64,000 nucleotides of DNA from an uncultured Chloroflexia bacterium. GTDB taxonomy: Bacteria > Chloroflexota > Chloroflexia > QHBQ01 > JADMIH01. Shown one piece after another: positions 45,891-54,694 of this stretch (position 1 is its first letter; each line of letters opens with the position of its first letter). The stretch lies in the NCBI GenBank assembly GCA_963837315.1, contig CAWINE010000013.1, positions 75,780-139,779 on the forward strand. The letters run 5' to 3'. Below the pieces are notes generated by a model. That model searched no databases and was not told the DNA's origin. It saw nothing but the letters and a program-made list of their open reading frames with translations. Position numbers and translations under genes: made by a program.

Positions 45891-46661
45891 TTCCGGGTCA
45901 TCGCCGGCCGGGAACTGGTCGTCTGTCGCCCGTCCTTCGTCCGTGCTCGCCGGCACATTATGCATCACCGCTACAGGAAGCCTCATGCGCTCGGCGAGCG
46001 ACATGCCTACTTGCAGCGCGTGCTCTGCCGCTGGACCGCCACGCACCGGTAGGAAGACGCGCCTGCTTTTCCGCCAGCCTTCCAGGCGAGCGAGAATAAC
46101 GTTGCAAGGGGGGTTCTTGAGAGCAGCGTCGGTGATGCGCCCGTATAGGTGGCGCTTCGGCTCGCGTGCGTAGCCTTTCCAGTAGAGAAGCATCGTGTCT
46201 GCACGCTCGTCACGAGCCGCCTGGTGTATGGCCCCCGCTACGTCGCGCGCCACTTTCACCACCCGGTCCACTCGCGCCCTCCGGCCTTCCAACTCCACCT
46301 CGGAAGGCAAGAAGTCGAGCAATGCGCGATACGAGCGCGCCATATCGAGGCCCATCGTCAGAGGCTCGTCCGGCGGCACCTCCACCACGCTCAGGACGAC
46401 GATGCGCGGAAGGCGTTCCAATTGCGGATTGCGGATTGCGGATTGTGGATTGACGGGGTATCGCCGGTCGTCGGTCATCAGTTCATGAATGGACAGGGGA
46501 CTGTCGCCGCTTGTTGGTCCCACCAGCATCCCTGCAAGCTGAAGTATCTCCGCCGCGTGGCCCGTGTTTAGCATGGGCACCAGTACAACGGTAGGTGCCA
46601 GATCCGACAATATTGAATTACCGGCTGCGGAGAGCAGCCCGTCTTTGAGCATACTATTCAT
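45888..46661 (-). CDS. tandem universal-stress-protein-like domains (probably the N-terminal part of one gene with 44380..45864)
   Basis: 257-aa ORF with USP-like beta-alpha units (VVLVPMLNTGHAAEILQLAGML; RIVVLSVVEVPPDE...ADTMLLYWKGY; VFLPVRGGPAAEHALQVGMSLAERMRLPVAVMHNV). The third unit is truncated at the repeat. It contains the in-frame repeat peptide VNPQSAIRNPQLE. Confidence 0.6.
   Translation of the reverse strand: MNSMLKDGLLSAAGNSILSDLAPTVVLVPMLNTGHAAEILQLAGMLVGPTSGDSPLSIHELMTDDRRYPVNPQSAIRNPQLERLPRIVVLSVVEVPPDEPLTMGLDMARSYRALLDFLPSEVELEGRRARVDRVVKVARDVAGAIHQAARDERADTMLLYWKGYAREPKRHLYGRITDAALKNPPCNVILARLEGWRKSRRVFLPVRGGPAAEHALQVGMSLAERMRLPVAVMHNVPASTDEGRATDDQFPAGDDPE
46420..46452. repeat. 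single (GATTGCG)n arm inside the USP-like CDS
   Basis: aattgcggattgcggattgcggattgtggattg is translated in frame on the minus strand as NPQSAIRNPQ. Confidence 0.85.
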
Positions 46662-46695
46662 AAGTTCGCAAGTCCTCGCCGTTGAGCACCTGCCC

Positions 46696-46803
46696 GAATG
46701 CGGAATGTGGAATTCGGAATGCGGAATATCGATTATTGTTTACTGCTTGTCACGTTTTACATGCGTCGTTATTCCGCATTCCAAATTCCGAATTCATCAT
46801 TCC
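46696..46803. repeat. GCGGAAT-type hairpin element
   Basis: The left arm gaatgcggaatgtggaattcggaatgcggaat (46696-46727) is identical over 32 nt to 59550-59581. The right arm is tattccgcattccaaattccgaattcatcattcc (46770-46803), and it overlaps the vWA stop codon. Confidence 0.9.
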
Positions 46804-48135
46804 TTAAGTCTCGCCGTCTCTGCAGCCGACAGTTTGCGAGTCTCAAAGGTTAGCTTCTTGGTAGCCGCGGCACTTACATGCCCTTCGGATTCGATCTTCT
46901 GGGCCTCTTTTTCCGCCGCCTCGGCAAGATCGGTCTCACCGAGGTTCAAAAGGCGAGTGGCCGCTGCGCGCAGATTGCGCGTCGCCCCCTCCACATCGCC
47001 TACCATACTGGCTTGTAACGCTCTTGTTTGCAACTTGAACGTGGTCGCTTTCTCCACACTGTTCATCACCCTTGGATTGCCCGGGCCTGTGCCTGCTCCG
47101 GTGGCAAAGCCTACAACCAGGTCGATGGCGGTGTCACCTTTGGTCTGGCCGGGGTCTGATGTTTCATATTCAAGCATAAGGTGGGCCAGGCGATAGCTGC
47201 CCGGCTTCCGAGCCGGTATCACTATCTCGTAAAGAAGCGTCTGCCCGTCAGCCGACTGGATGTCGCCCAGAGGCAGGGTGAGGGAAGTGGCCGCGCCGCT
47301 CGTCTGGGGCTGCGCGACGGCTTCCGTCTGGCCGGGCCCCGCGGGCTCGACGCTGGGCCAAAGCCTGGATATAACCGGCGCAACCCTGTACACTGTGCGA
47401 GCCGCTACCCCGCCGGTAGGCGTGAAGGTAAGGCGCAGAGTTGCGCGCGGTGGTTGCCTGCATAGCTCGTAAAGTCTTCTCGAAGGTGCCGGCTATCTCG
47501 TCAGGATTGGCGATATAATCAACGTTGCCGCCGCTCTCGCTCGCGATTGCGTCCAGCAACTCGATGCTCCAGTCCTCTTCAGCGCCCACACCTAGAGCGG
47601 TCACAGGTATGCCCGCTGCACCGGCCTGGGCCGCAAGCTCGATGCACTGCTGTCCGTCGCCCCATGTCTGCCCATCGGTAAGCACTACGATGCGCGATAC
47701 GACCCCCTGCCCCTGCGCCTTCATCGCTTCGCTCAAGCCGACGGCCAGCCCCTTACTCATCGCGGTGCCGCCTGCCTCTTTTATGGCCTCGACCTGGCCG
47801 AGCAGAGCCCGGGGATCGTCCGCTTTCGTGCTCGGCACCAGAGGGTGCACGTCGTCGTCGAAAAGGGTGATAGCAATCGTATCTTGCGGGCTGAGATGGT
47901 CGACAACCCAGGCCACGGCCTTCTTCAAGTTTTGTAGCTTCGCCCCGCCCATCGAGCCGGACCTGTCCAGCACCAGACTGAGGTTAAGTGGCTGCGCCCC
48001 ACCGGAGGACGCCGGCGGCGGCACGGGCGCATCTTGCTGCGTTATGTCAAGCAATAGATAGGCGAGACTTGTCTGCTCGCCCGCAGGAAGAGGGTCGTGA
48101 TTCCAGGTAGCCTTAAGAGTGATGTTCGCGGTCAT
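46797..48135 (-). CDS. von Willebrand factor A (vWA) domain protein, one apparent frameshift
   Basis: ORF 47248..48135(-) has the MIDAS motif LVLDRSGSMGG, then GGTAMSKGL and VVLTDGQTWGD. After ...MQATTARN the frame degenerates. ORF 46797..47393(-) continues in another frame as TLRLTFTPTGGVAARTVYRVAPVIS..., with the junction near 47425-47440. Confidence 0.75.
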
Positions 48136-48240
48136 GAGCTTCCTCTAATAAAACGTAAGGCTGAGCACTAACGTTACACGACAATATATACGTAACTTTC
48201 CCCATTAAAGTATCACTCATTACGTTTTACGCGTCACGCC

Positions 48241-50454
48241 CTAAGTCGCCCCGGCCATCACTCGCGTGAGCACCACGCTTATGTTATCTTCGCCGCCGTT
48301 GGCGTTGGCCTGGTCTATAAGGGCCTGGCTGATGGTCTGGGGGTCGGTGGGAGAGGCCAGTATAGATGCGATGCTGGGATCGCGCACGAAATCCCACAAT
48401 CCGTCCGAACAGAGGAGCAGGCCATCCCCCGGTCTAAGCCGCTGGCTGTAGACGTCTATCTCGTCTTCGGTGAGGCGCGAATTGCCCAGGGCGCGGTAGA
48501 TTTCGTTGCGACGCGGGTGCGTGTAAATGTCATCGGGCTTGATTTGCCCCGCCATCACAAGCTGCATTACCAGCGAGTGATCGCGCGTGAGGACCTGCAA
48601 AGTATTGTCGTGCCAGATATAGGCCCGGCTATCGCCCACGTTTGCAACCGTCAACTGGTTGCCTATGAGGAGCGCAACCACCGTGGTGGTGCCCAGATCC
48701 GAGTGCCGCTCACGAGCCAGATCGGTGATACGCCGGTTGGCTTCGAGCACCGCTTGCTGCAACAGATGGCCGCAGGTATTGGCGTCGCGGGCCACAGGGT
48801 CGCCCGATACGAGCGGACCCAGCAGCGAGGAGTTCACCACAGCCCCTATCGTGCGGATCGCGATAGACGAAGCCACCTCGCCGCTCTGGTGCCCTCCCAT
48901 GCCATCCGCGATCACGTACAGGGCCACCGGAAGATTGCCTTCGTGCTCCAGTACTGTGGCTTCGAAGGTGAGCACGCTGTCTTCGTTTATCTTGCGCACC
49001 CTGCCCACATCGGAGGCTCGCCCGCTCCAGAGCTTAAGGTTGGTGAGGGGCTTGCTCGCCTCGTAGAGATCGCGCAATACCTCGGCGAAGGCATGTGCGG
49101 TAGGGTAAGAGCCTTCTCGCGCTCGCGCCAGTGCCACAGCCGGGTTCATGTCGCGGCCCAACGGTCCCGTCACTTCGTAGGCCGCCACCATCGGCATTGG
49201 CGAGATTGCGACCCCCGAACGCTCCTTAGATACAGGGCCAGGCTCACCTTCCTCGGGAGCGACCTCTTTGCGTACGGCCATGTACCAGCGCTCCAGCTCC
49301 GATGCCAGGGCCCGCACATCCGAAAGCTCGGCTGAGTCTCGCTCTTGCATGCTCAGGTTATCTGTCACGCTGCAACCCGAAGGATCGAGCAGCAGCACGC
49401 GGTCACCCGGCTGCACAAGCAAATTGGCAAGCTCCAGCGCGCAACCGGCTATACTCTCGTCGTGAAGCCGCGCCAGCAAATCAGCAGCCTGCACCATCCA
49501 GGCAAGGGTCTGCTCTTCTTCAGGTTCTAGCGGTACTGCGAGGTGGCCCGACTGGCTCGCCAGCAATTCGTCCGTTACCGTGGACCCCGGCAGCCAGGAG
49601 GCCAGAGTTCGCCCTGATGCTTCCTCCCAGGCCACGTAAATCCGTCCCGTTTGCTCGTCCACCCAAACATCATAGACATGCGCCACGCCCATCACCCGGT
49701 TCTCGAGGATCGCAGGAGCGATCTTGATTGCGGATTGCGGATTGCGGATTGCGGATTGCGAGGACGAAGGTGCATTGCCGATTGCGGATTGCTCAGGAGT
49801 GAGAGCCGGGTACTGAGGATTGAGTGCGGTTTCTTCTACTCCGGCGGCCACTCCCTCGGCTACCATCTCCGGCCCACCCCCACCGTTCGCTATGAGTCCG
49901 TTGCCTGCCGCCGGTACGCCGTCGTCGGTGGTCGATCGTCCGTCGTCCGCCGGCAGATTATACTCTTGCAGCCTGTAGAAGCGTCCCGCCAGTTGCGCGC
50001 CGCATTCCACGCAGTAAATATCGCCGGGCATGGAGCTATCTGAGCCGCAGGCCCAGCAGCGGCGATAGCCTTGCAGGTCGGTCACGCGGTACATATTGGT
50101 ATCGCGCACAACGCCGAGAAAAGCCGCCACCTGGTAGCGCTCGTTCAGCACGGTGTGTTCAGCAAGAGGAGGTGAGGGCGGCCCGCCATTCTCAGGCAAG
50201 GGGGTAGTATTCTTGCCGCGTGTCGTGCCAATGGTGCCAAGCGGCTCGGTGATGATGTTATCCGGCGAGACTGCTACTGCCTCGACTTCGGATTTGGCTG
50301 CAGGCTGTTCGGCCTGTGCGGCATCTTGCGCCTGTGCTGGTGTGTCGCCGGGTGGCGGCTCAGGAGATAGTTCAGACGGTTGAGGGGGTTGAGGAGGTGG
50401 CTGAGGCTGTGTCTCTTCCTCGCTGGTGGGGCCGGCTGCCGGATCTATATTCAT
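48241..50454 (-). CDS. PP2C Ser/Thr phosphatase fused to an N-terminal Zn-ribbon-containing kinase-like (pseudokinase) domain
   Basis: ORF 48241..50577(-). The likely start is ATG 50454 (MNIDPAAGPTSEE), and the upstream codons translate hairpin 50483-50579. The C-terminal PP2C domain has GRVRKINEDS, YVIADGMGGHQSGEVAS, VANVGDSRAY, LLLCSDGLWD and GGEDNISVVL. The N-terminal part has LNERYQVAAFLG, the Zn ribbon CWACGS...CVECG, and a kinase-like C-lobe whose catalytic loop reads GCALELANLL and whose DFG position reads DPS. Confidence 0.8.
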   Translation of the reverse strand: MNIDPAAGPTSEEETQPQPPPQPPQPSELSPEPPPGDTPAQAQDAAQAEQPAAKSEVEAVAVSPDNIITEPLGTIGTTRGKNTTPLPENGGPPSPPLAEHTVLNERYQVAAFLGVVRDTNMYRVTDLQGYRRCWACGSDSSMPGDIYCVECGAQLAGRFYRLQEYNLPADDGRSTTDDGVPAAGNGLIANGGGGPEMVAEGVAAGVEETALNPQYPALTPEQSAIGNAPSSSQSAIRNPQSAIKIAPAILENRVMGVAHVYDVWVDEQTGRIYVAWEEASGRTLASWLPGSTVTDELLASQSGHLAVPLEPEEEQTLAWMVQAADLLARLHDESIAGCALELANLLVQPGDRVLLLDPSGCSVTDNLSMQERDSAELSDVRALASELERWYMAVRKEVAPEEGEPGPVSKERSGVAISPMPMVAAYEVTGPLGRDMNPAVALARAREGSYPTAHAFAEVLRDLYEASKPLTNLKLWSGRASDVGRVRKINEDSVLTFEATVLEHEGNLPVALYVIADGMGGHQSGEVASSIAIRTIGAVVNSSLLGPLVSGDPVARDANTCGHLLQQAVLEANRRITDLARERHSDLGTTTVVALLIGNQLTVANVGDSRAYIWHDNTLQVLTRDHSLVMQLVMAGQIKPDDIYTHPRRNEIYRALGNSRLTEDEIDVYSQRLRPGDGLLLCSDGLWDFVRDPSIASILASPTDPQTISQALIDQANANGGEDNISVVLTRVMAGAT
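49726..49792. repeat. (GATTGCG)5 + (GATTGCG)2 direct blocks inside the PP2C gene
   Basis: gattgcggattgcggattgcggattgcggattgcg (49726-49760) and gattgcggattgc (49780-49792) are translated in frame as EQSAIGNAPSSSQSAIRNPQSAIKIAP. Confidence 0.85.
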
Positions 50455-50482
50455 ATAGCCATAAACCTCGTCAGGCCCGTCT

Positions 50483-50579
50483 GAATGCGGAATACGGAAT
50501 GTGGAATGCGGAATACATAGGTTGTCGGTTGTGGGTCGCCCAGCGGCATTCCGCATTCCACATTCCACATTCCACATTC
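50483..50579. repeat. GCGGAAT/GTGGAAT-type hairpin in the divergent promoter region
   Basis: Left arm gaatgcggaatacggaatgtggaatgcggaata (50483-50515) faces right arm cattccgcattccacattccacattccacattc (50547-50579). The loop contains ggttgtcggttgtggg. Confidence 0.9.
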
Positions 50580-50739
50580 AGTGGGGCCATAAGATAGGCT
50601 AATGATAGCACAAGGGGTAGGGAGGCGCAAACGTCTTTCGATAGGTAATACGTACTAATCAACCCACAAGATTTATATGATCTTAATACCTCTTCATCAT
50701 CAGGCTCGGTTATAATAGGGCAAGCAAAGGGAAACTCCC

Positions 50740-52722
50740 ATGGCACATTCGGACGAGCCCATATCCGTCATTGAAGACCTGGACCCGGAGCCGTCTCCCA
50801 GGCGTGGCGGGCGGCAAGTGTGGGAGGTTGTGCTTGGGGTGCTTTTGCTGGCAGGGGTGCTCGGCTATGTCGGTTGGCAGTGGGCCCGGCAGGAAGCCCA
50901 GCAGCGTACCTACGATGCGGGCAGCGACGCTGCGACCCGGCGTGACTGGGACCAGGCACACACCCTCTTTGCAGCAGCATCCGGCTACCTTGACGCCGAC
51001 ACACAAGCAAAGGCAGCCGCCACCACTATCGCAAAGCGCGATGACCTGTATAAAACCGCCCTTGATAATGAGAACGCGGGCAATTGGATGGCCGGCCTCA
51101 AATCCATCCGGCAGGTAGACGATATCCAGCCGGGCTACAAAGACTCTGCCCAGATCGAGGAACTGACCACCGGCAAGATATATGGGCAAGTGTTGAGCGG
51201 CACCGTAGCCCTCCGCGCCGGTGCCACCCCGCCCGGTCTTTACTACTACGGCCCTGACGGCTGGGGGTGGCTGCCTAACAGCGACCTTTACAGCAGAGTA
51301 GAGGGTAGCGGCTCCGGCAACTGGCTGGTGTACGATGTGCCCGGTGAAGGCTGGACACCGGCGCTCACCCCCACTCCACCAGGCCCTGACATCTGGTCGC
51401 CCCAACTGCAGGGCCGCCGCCTACTGGCAGCACGCCTGCCAGATCTCTCCCAAACAATTGCTATCTCCATACCCATCAACCCAAAGCCATATTACCTGTT
51501 TCAATGGGGTAAATACGGACTTTGGGCGACAACCTATGATCCACAGCCAACTCAGTACCCGCCATCAGGCCCAATCCGCCGGCCACTATTCGGGTCGGAG
51601 CAGACAACCGTAACGTATCAAAGCTTCAACGGCTCTATCACCTCACCCACCCAAGTTGAGAATGCGAAAGACAAGGCCATTATTATGGGACTCGACCCCA
51701 ACAGCAATCGCTTTCTGCTGGCTACCTGGTCCGGCGAGGATAGCGATGGCGGGGTCATCGCCGGCACGGTTACCAACCTATACCTGGTGCGCCCCGGCAG
51801 CGACCGCCGGTTACTCTACTCTGTGACAGGCGGCAGTTTCATCTCGGCGCAGTTCAGCCCGGATGGAGTGCACGCTCTGCTCAGCACTTACACTATTCTC
51901 GACGCCGAAAATGAGGAGCGGTCTGTGATCCTCCTTTCTCTCGACGGCACAGCATCACCACAAACAATCGCTGAGACAACAGCCCACATAAACACTCGAT
52001 CTCCTCAGTGCTGTGATAGTTCGCCCGACACCGTTGATAACTCGTTTACCGCATCATTCATAGACGGCGGATCGTACTCAGGCGACATTATAGTGGCAGA
52101 ATATGACCAGGGGCACAACTACCTGCGCCTGATTGACACCCACTGGGGAGCAGCTCAAGTGATTATGATGGAAGTCCCTACTAACAAGCGGCTCAACTGG
52201 TCGATTTTCGAAGGGCAGAACGGGGAGGCGGTGCTGGTTGCCCTGCAGGAACCTTTCATGGAAAACCTCCGCCAGTCGCAACCTTTCATCCAACCGATGC
52301 CCATCACATTCGTTGTCCTGTCGCCTGACGAAGGGCTCAAAGTAACCAGCCTGGTGGTTGACTGGGACCCCTATCGCACCGAGCTTGACTTTGCCACCGT
52401 CGCCGGCAATCAGCTTGTTTTCAATACGTCTACATGTTGTAGCAAGCAGAATAGTAGGTCCGTCTTCTCCTTTCCGACCTCTCGCTTTGGCGTCCAGGGA
52501 GAACAACCTGCGACCACGTACAACGAGACCGGCGCAGCCTCAAGCGATGATCCCCTTAGCTACGGCAGCCAGAGTTTCGGTTCGAGTTTTTTCGCTGATA
52601 TATCGGCAGGCGATCTGCACGCTCGTTACTACGACGACTCGATTGACGTTGTGCTGGAGCACAATGTTGCTTACCTGTACAACACGTCAGAGAATTTTCT
52701 CTGGCAGAGCTCGCTTCGCTAA
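50740..52722 (+). CDS. membrane-anchored protein of unknown function, tandem family member 1 (intact)
   Basis: 660-aa ORF with TATAAT at 50711-50716 upstream. It has a conserved cytoplasmic tail (SVIEDLDPEPSPRR), a TM helix (WEVVLGVLLLAGVLGYVGW), AASGYLDADTQAKAA, GLYYYGPDGWGWLP and an FSPDG-containing propeller-like region, and it ends LEHNVAYLYNTSENFLWQSSLR. Confidence 0.7.
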   Translation: MAHSDEPISVIEDLDPEPSPRRGGRQVWEVVLGVLLLAGVLGYVGWQWARQEAQQRTYDAGSDAATRRDWDQAHTLFAAASGYLDADTQAKAAATTIAKRDDLYKTALDNENAGNWMAGLKSIRQVDDIQPGYKDSAQIEELTTGKIYGQVLSGTVALRAGATPPGLYYYGPDGWGWLPNSDLYSRVEGSGSGNWLVYDVPGEGWTPALTPTPPGPDIWSPQLQGRRLLAARLPDLSQTIAISIPINPKPYYLFQWGKYGLWATTYDPQPTQYPPSGPIRRPLFGSEQTTVTYQSFNGSITSPTQVENAKDKAIIMGLDPNSNRFLLATWSGEDSDGGVIAGTVTNLYLVRPGSDRRLLYSVTGGSFISAQFSPDGVHALLSTYTILDAENEERSVILLSLDGTASPQTIAETTAHINTRSPQCCDSSPDTVDNSFTASFIDGGSYSGDIIVAEYDQGHNYLRLIDTHWGAAQVIMMEVPTNKRLNWSIFEGQNGEAVLVALQEPFMENLRQSQPFIQPMPITFVVLSPDEGLKVTSLVVDWDPYRTELDFATVAGNQLVFNTSTCCSKQNSRSVFSFPTSRFGVQGEQPATTYNETGAASSDDPLSYGSQSFGSSFFADISAGDLHARYYDDSIDVVLEHNVAYLYNTSENFLWQSSLR

Positions 52723-52735
52723 GGAGATTGTTCCG

Positions 52736-54676
52736 ATGCAAAACTCCGATGAGACAATGTCCGTTATAGAAGATCTGGACCCTGAGCCGCCGCCAAAGCG
52801 AAGCGCCCGCACCTGGGAAGTCATCGTGGGCATGGTGCTGCTTGTAGCCGTCCTCGGCTTCGCCGGGTGGGAATGGGTCCACCAGAACCAGCAGCAGAAC
52901 AACTATAGAGAGGGCACTGATGCCATGCGGCCCGTCAGGACTGGGATGTCAGCGCAAGCCCACTTCGCTGCAGCTTCAGGCTATCTCGACGCAGATAAAC
53001 AAGCACAAGCAGTCGCCACTAAGATCACCCAGCGCGATGACCAGTATAGAATTGCAACCTCAAGGTCGAACTCTGGTGATTGGATCGCCTGTTTGAAAGC
53101 TATACAACAGGTCGAGGCCATCGAGCCGGGTTACAAGGACTTGGCTCAAATAGAGAAGAAAGCAACAGGTCAGATTTATCGTGGGGCGATGAGTGGCACC
53201 GTCGCACTCCGCCTCGATGCCAACCCATCAGGCCTGTATTATTACGGAGCGAACGGTTGGGTATGGTTGCCAAAGAGCGACCGCTACAGCAAGGTTCAAG
53301 GCGCTGGCGTTTCTGACTGGCTACTATATGACGTACCTGGCCCTGAGTGGGTTCAACCAGCGCCGCCAACTCCAACAACATCAAGCTCTCAATTAACATC
53401 ACCACAGCTAGCCAAGCGACTTCTTACGGCTGCTAAGATGCCTGATCTCTCTAAAACCGTTACTTTGTCTATTGATCCTGAGCAGTACTATTATTTTGGC
53501 TGGGGCGAAAACGGGCTTTGGGGGTTTCATGACGCTGGAGTGCATGAGAACTACCAGTCACCACTTGGGGTATCATATTGGCCCAGTAGCACGGTAACCT
53601 ATCAGAGCTATAACAGCCCCGCCACATCAACGGTCCAGTTAAAATAGCATCAGCAAAAAGACGATGATCATGGACCTGGACCCGAATGGCGATGACTACC
53701 TTATGGCAACATGGTCAGGAGACAAGCAAGGCATTGTCATCACAAACACCATTACGACCCTATATCTGGTAAGGCCCAGTGACGGGGCCAGCCCACAACT
53801 ACTCTATACGATTACGGGAGGCAGCTTCGCCTCAGCGGAATTCAGCCCCGATGGCCTCCATGCGCTGCTCAGGACTTACTCCTATACCTTTGGTATAAGT
53901 GATTATGCCACAGAGAAACAGACGATGCTGCTGCTTTCCCTGGATGGGACTTCTCCACCACGAACAATTGGAGAATGCAACAGTCGCTGTGGAAAAGTTA
54001 AGAATTGCTCACAACGCCTATCAAGTCAGGGCATCATTTATTAGCGGAGGGCCATACTCAGGTAACATACTGATAGCCGAATTCGACGGAGACCACTATA
54101 ACGTGAGCATGGTAGACACGCAGCGGGGCACGCCAATAATGGGCCTGGAAGTCCCTGGAGACAAGTTCCTCTTCTGGTCGCAGTTTCAGGGGCACAATGG
54201 AGAAAATGTACTAGTCGGTCAGGATGATGACTACAGCGATTTCACTTCTGTTGGCCAAAATCGCCCCGACTTCGATAGTATTCGTCGTCTTCTCACCAAA
54301 CTTGACGCCTAAAGTAACTACCCTAGTGATTGACGAGGACCGCTACGGTGCTGCATTGGGCAATGCAACTATTATCGGCAATCAGTTGGTCTTCAGCATC
54401 TACGCGAACAATATCAGGTCTATTTATTCCTTTCCAATCGATCGCCTGGGTTCTCAGGGAGAGAAACCTAAATCAGTAAGCATAATTGGCCTATCAAGTG
54501 AGAAAGTATACGCAGACAACACCCAAGCATTTGGGCCCGATCTTTTCGCGAACTTGTCCGGGGGAGATCTTGAAGTAAGGCCCTACGATATATCGGTTGG
54601 TTTCCCGCTGGAGCACAATGTGACATACCTTTACGACACCTCACAGAAGGCATCCTGGCAAACCGCACTCCATTAA
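52736..54676 (+). pseudogene. tandem family member 2, at least five frame changes
   Basis: SD aaggag lies at 52721-52726 and the ATG at 52736 (MQNSDETMSVIEDLDPEPPPKR). Homology to member 1 moves through ORFs 52358..53647, 53664..54044, 53899..54312 and 54224..54676 (start mod 3 = 2 -> 0 -> 1 -> 2), with an additional compensating pair near 52925-52965. It ends LEHNVTYLYDTSQKASWQTALH. Confidence 0.65.
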
Positions 54677-54694
54677 ACAAAAGAGAATTAGCAT

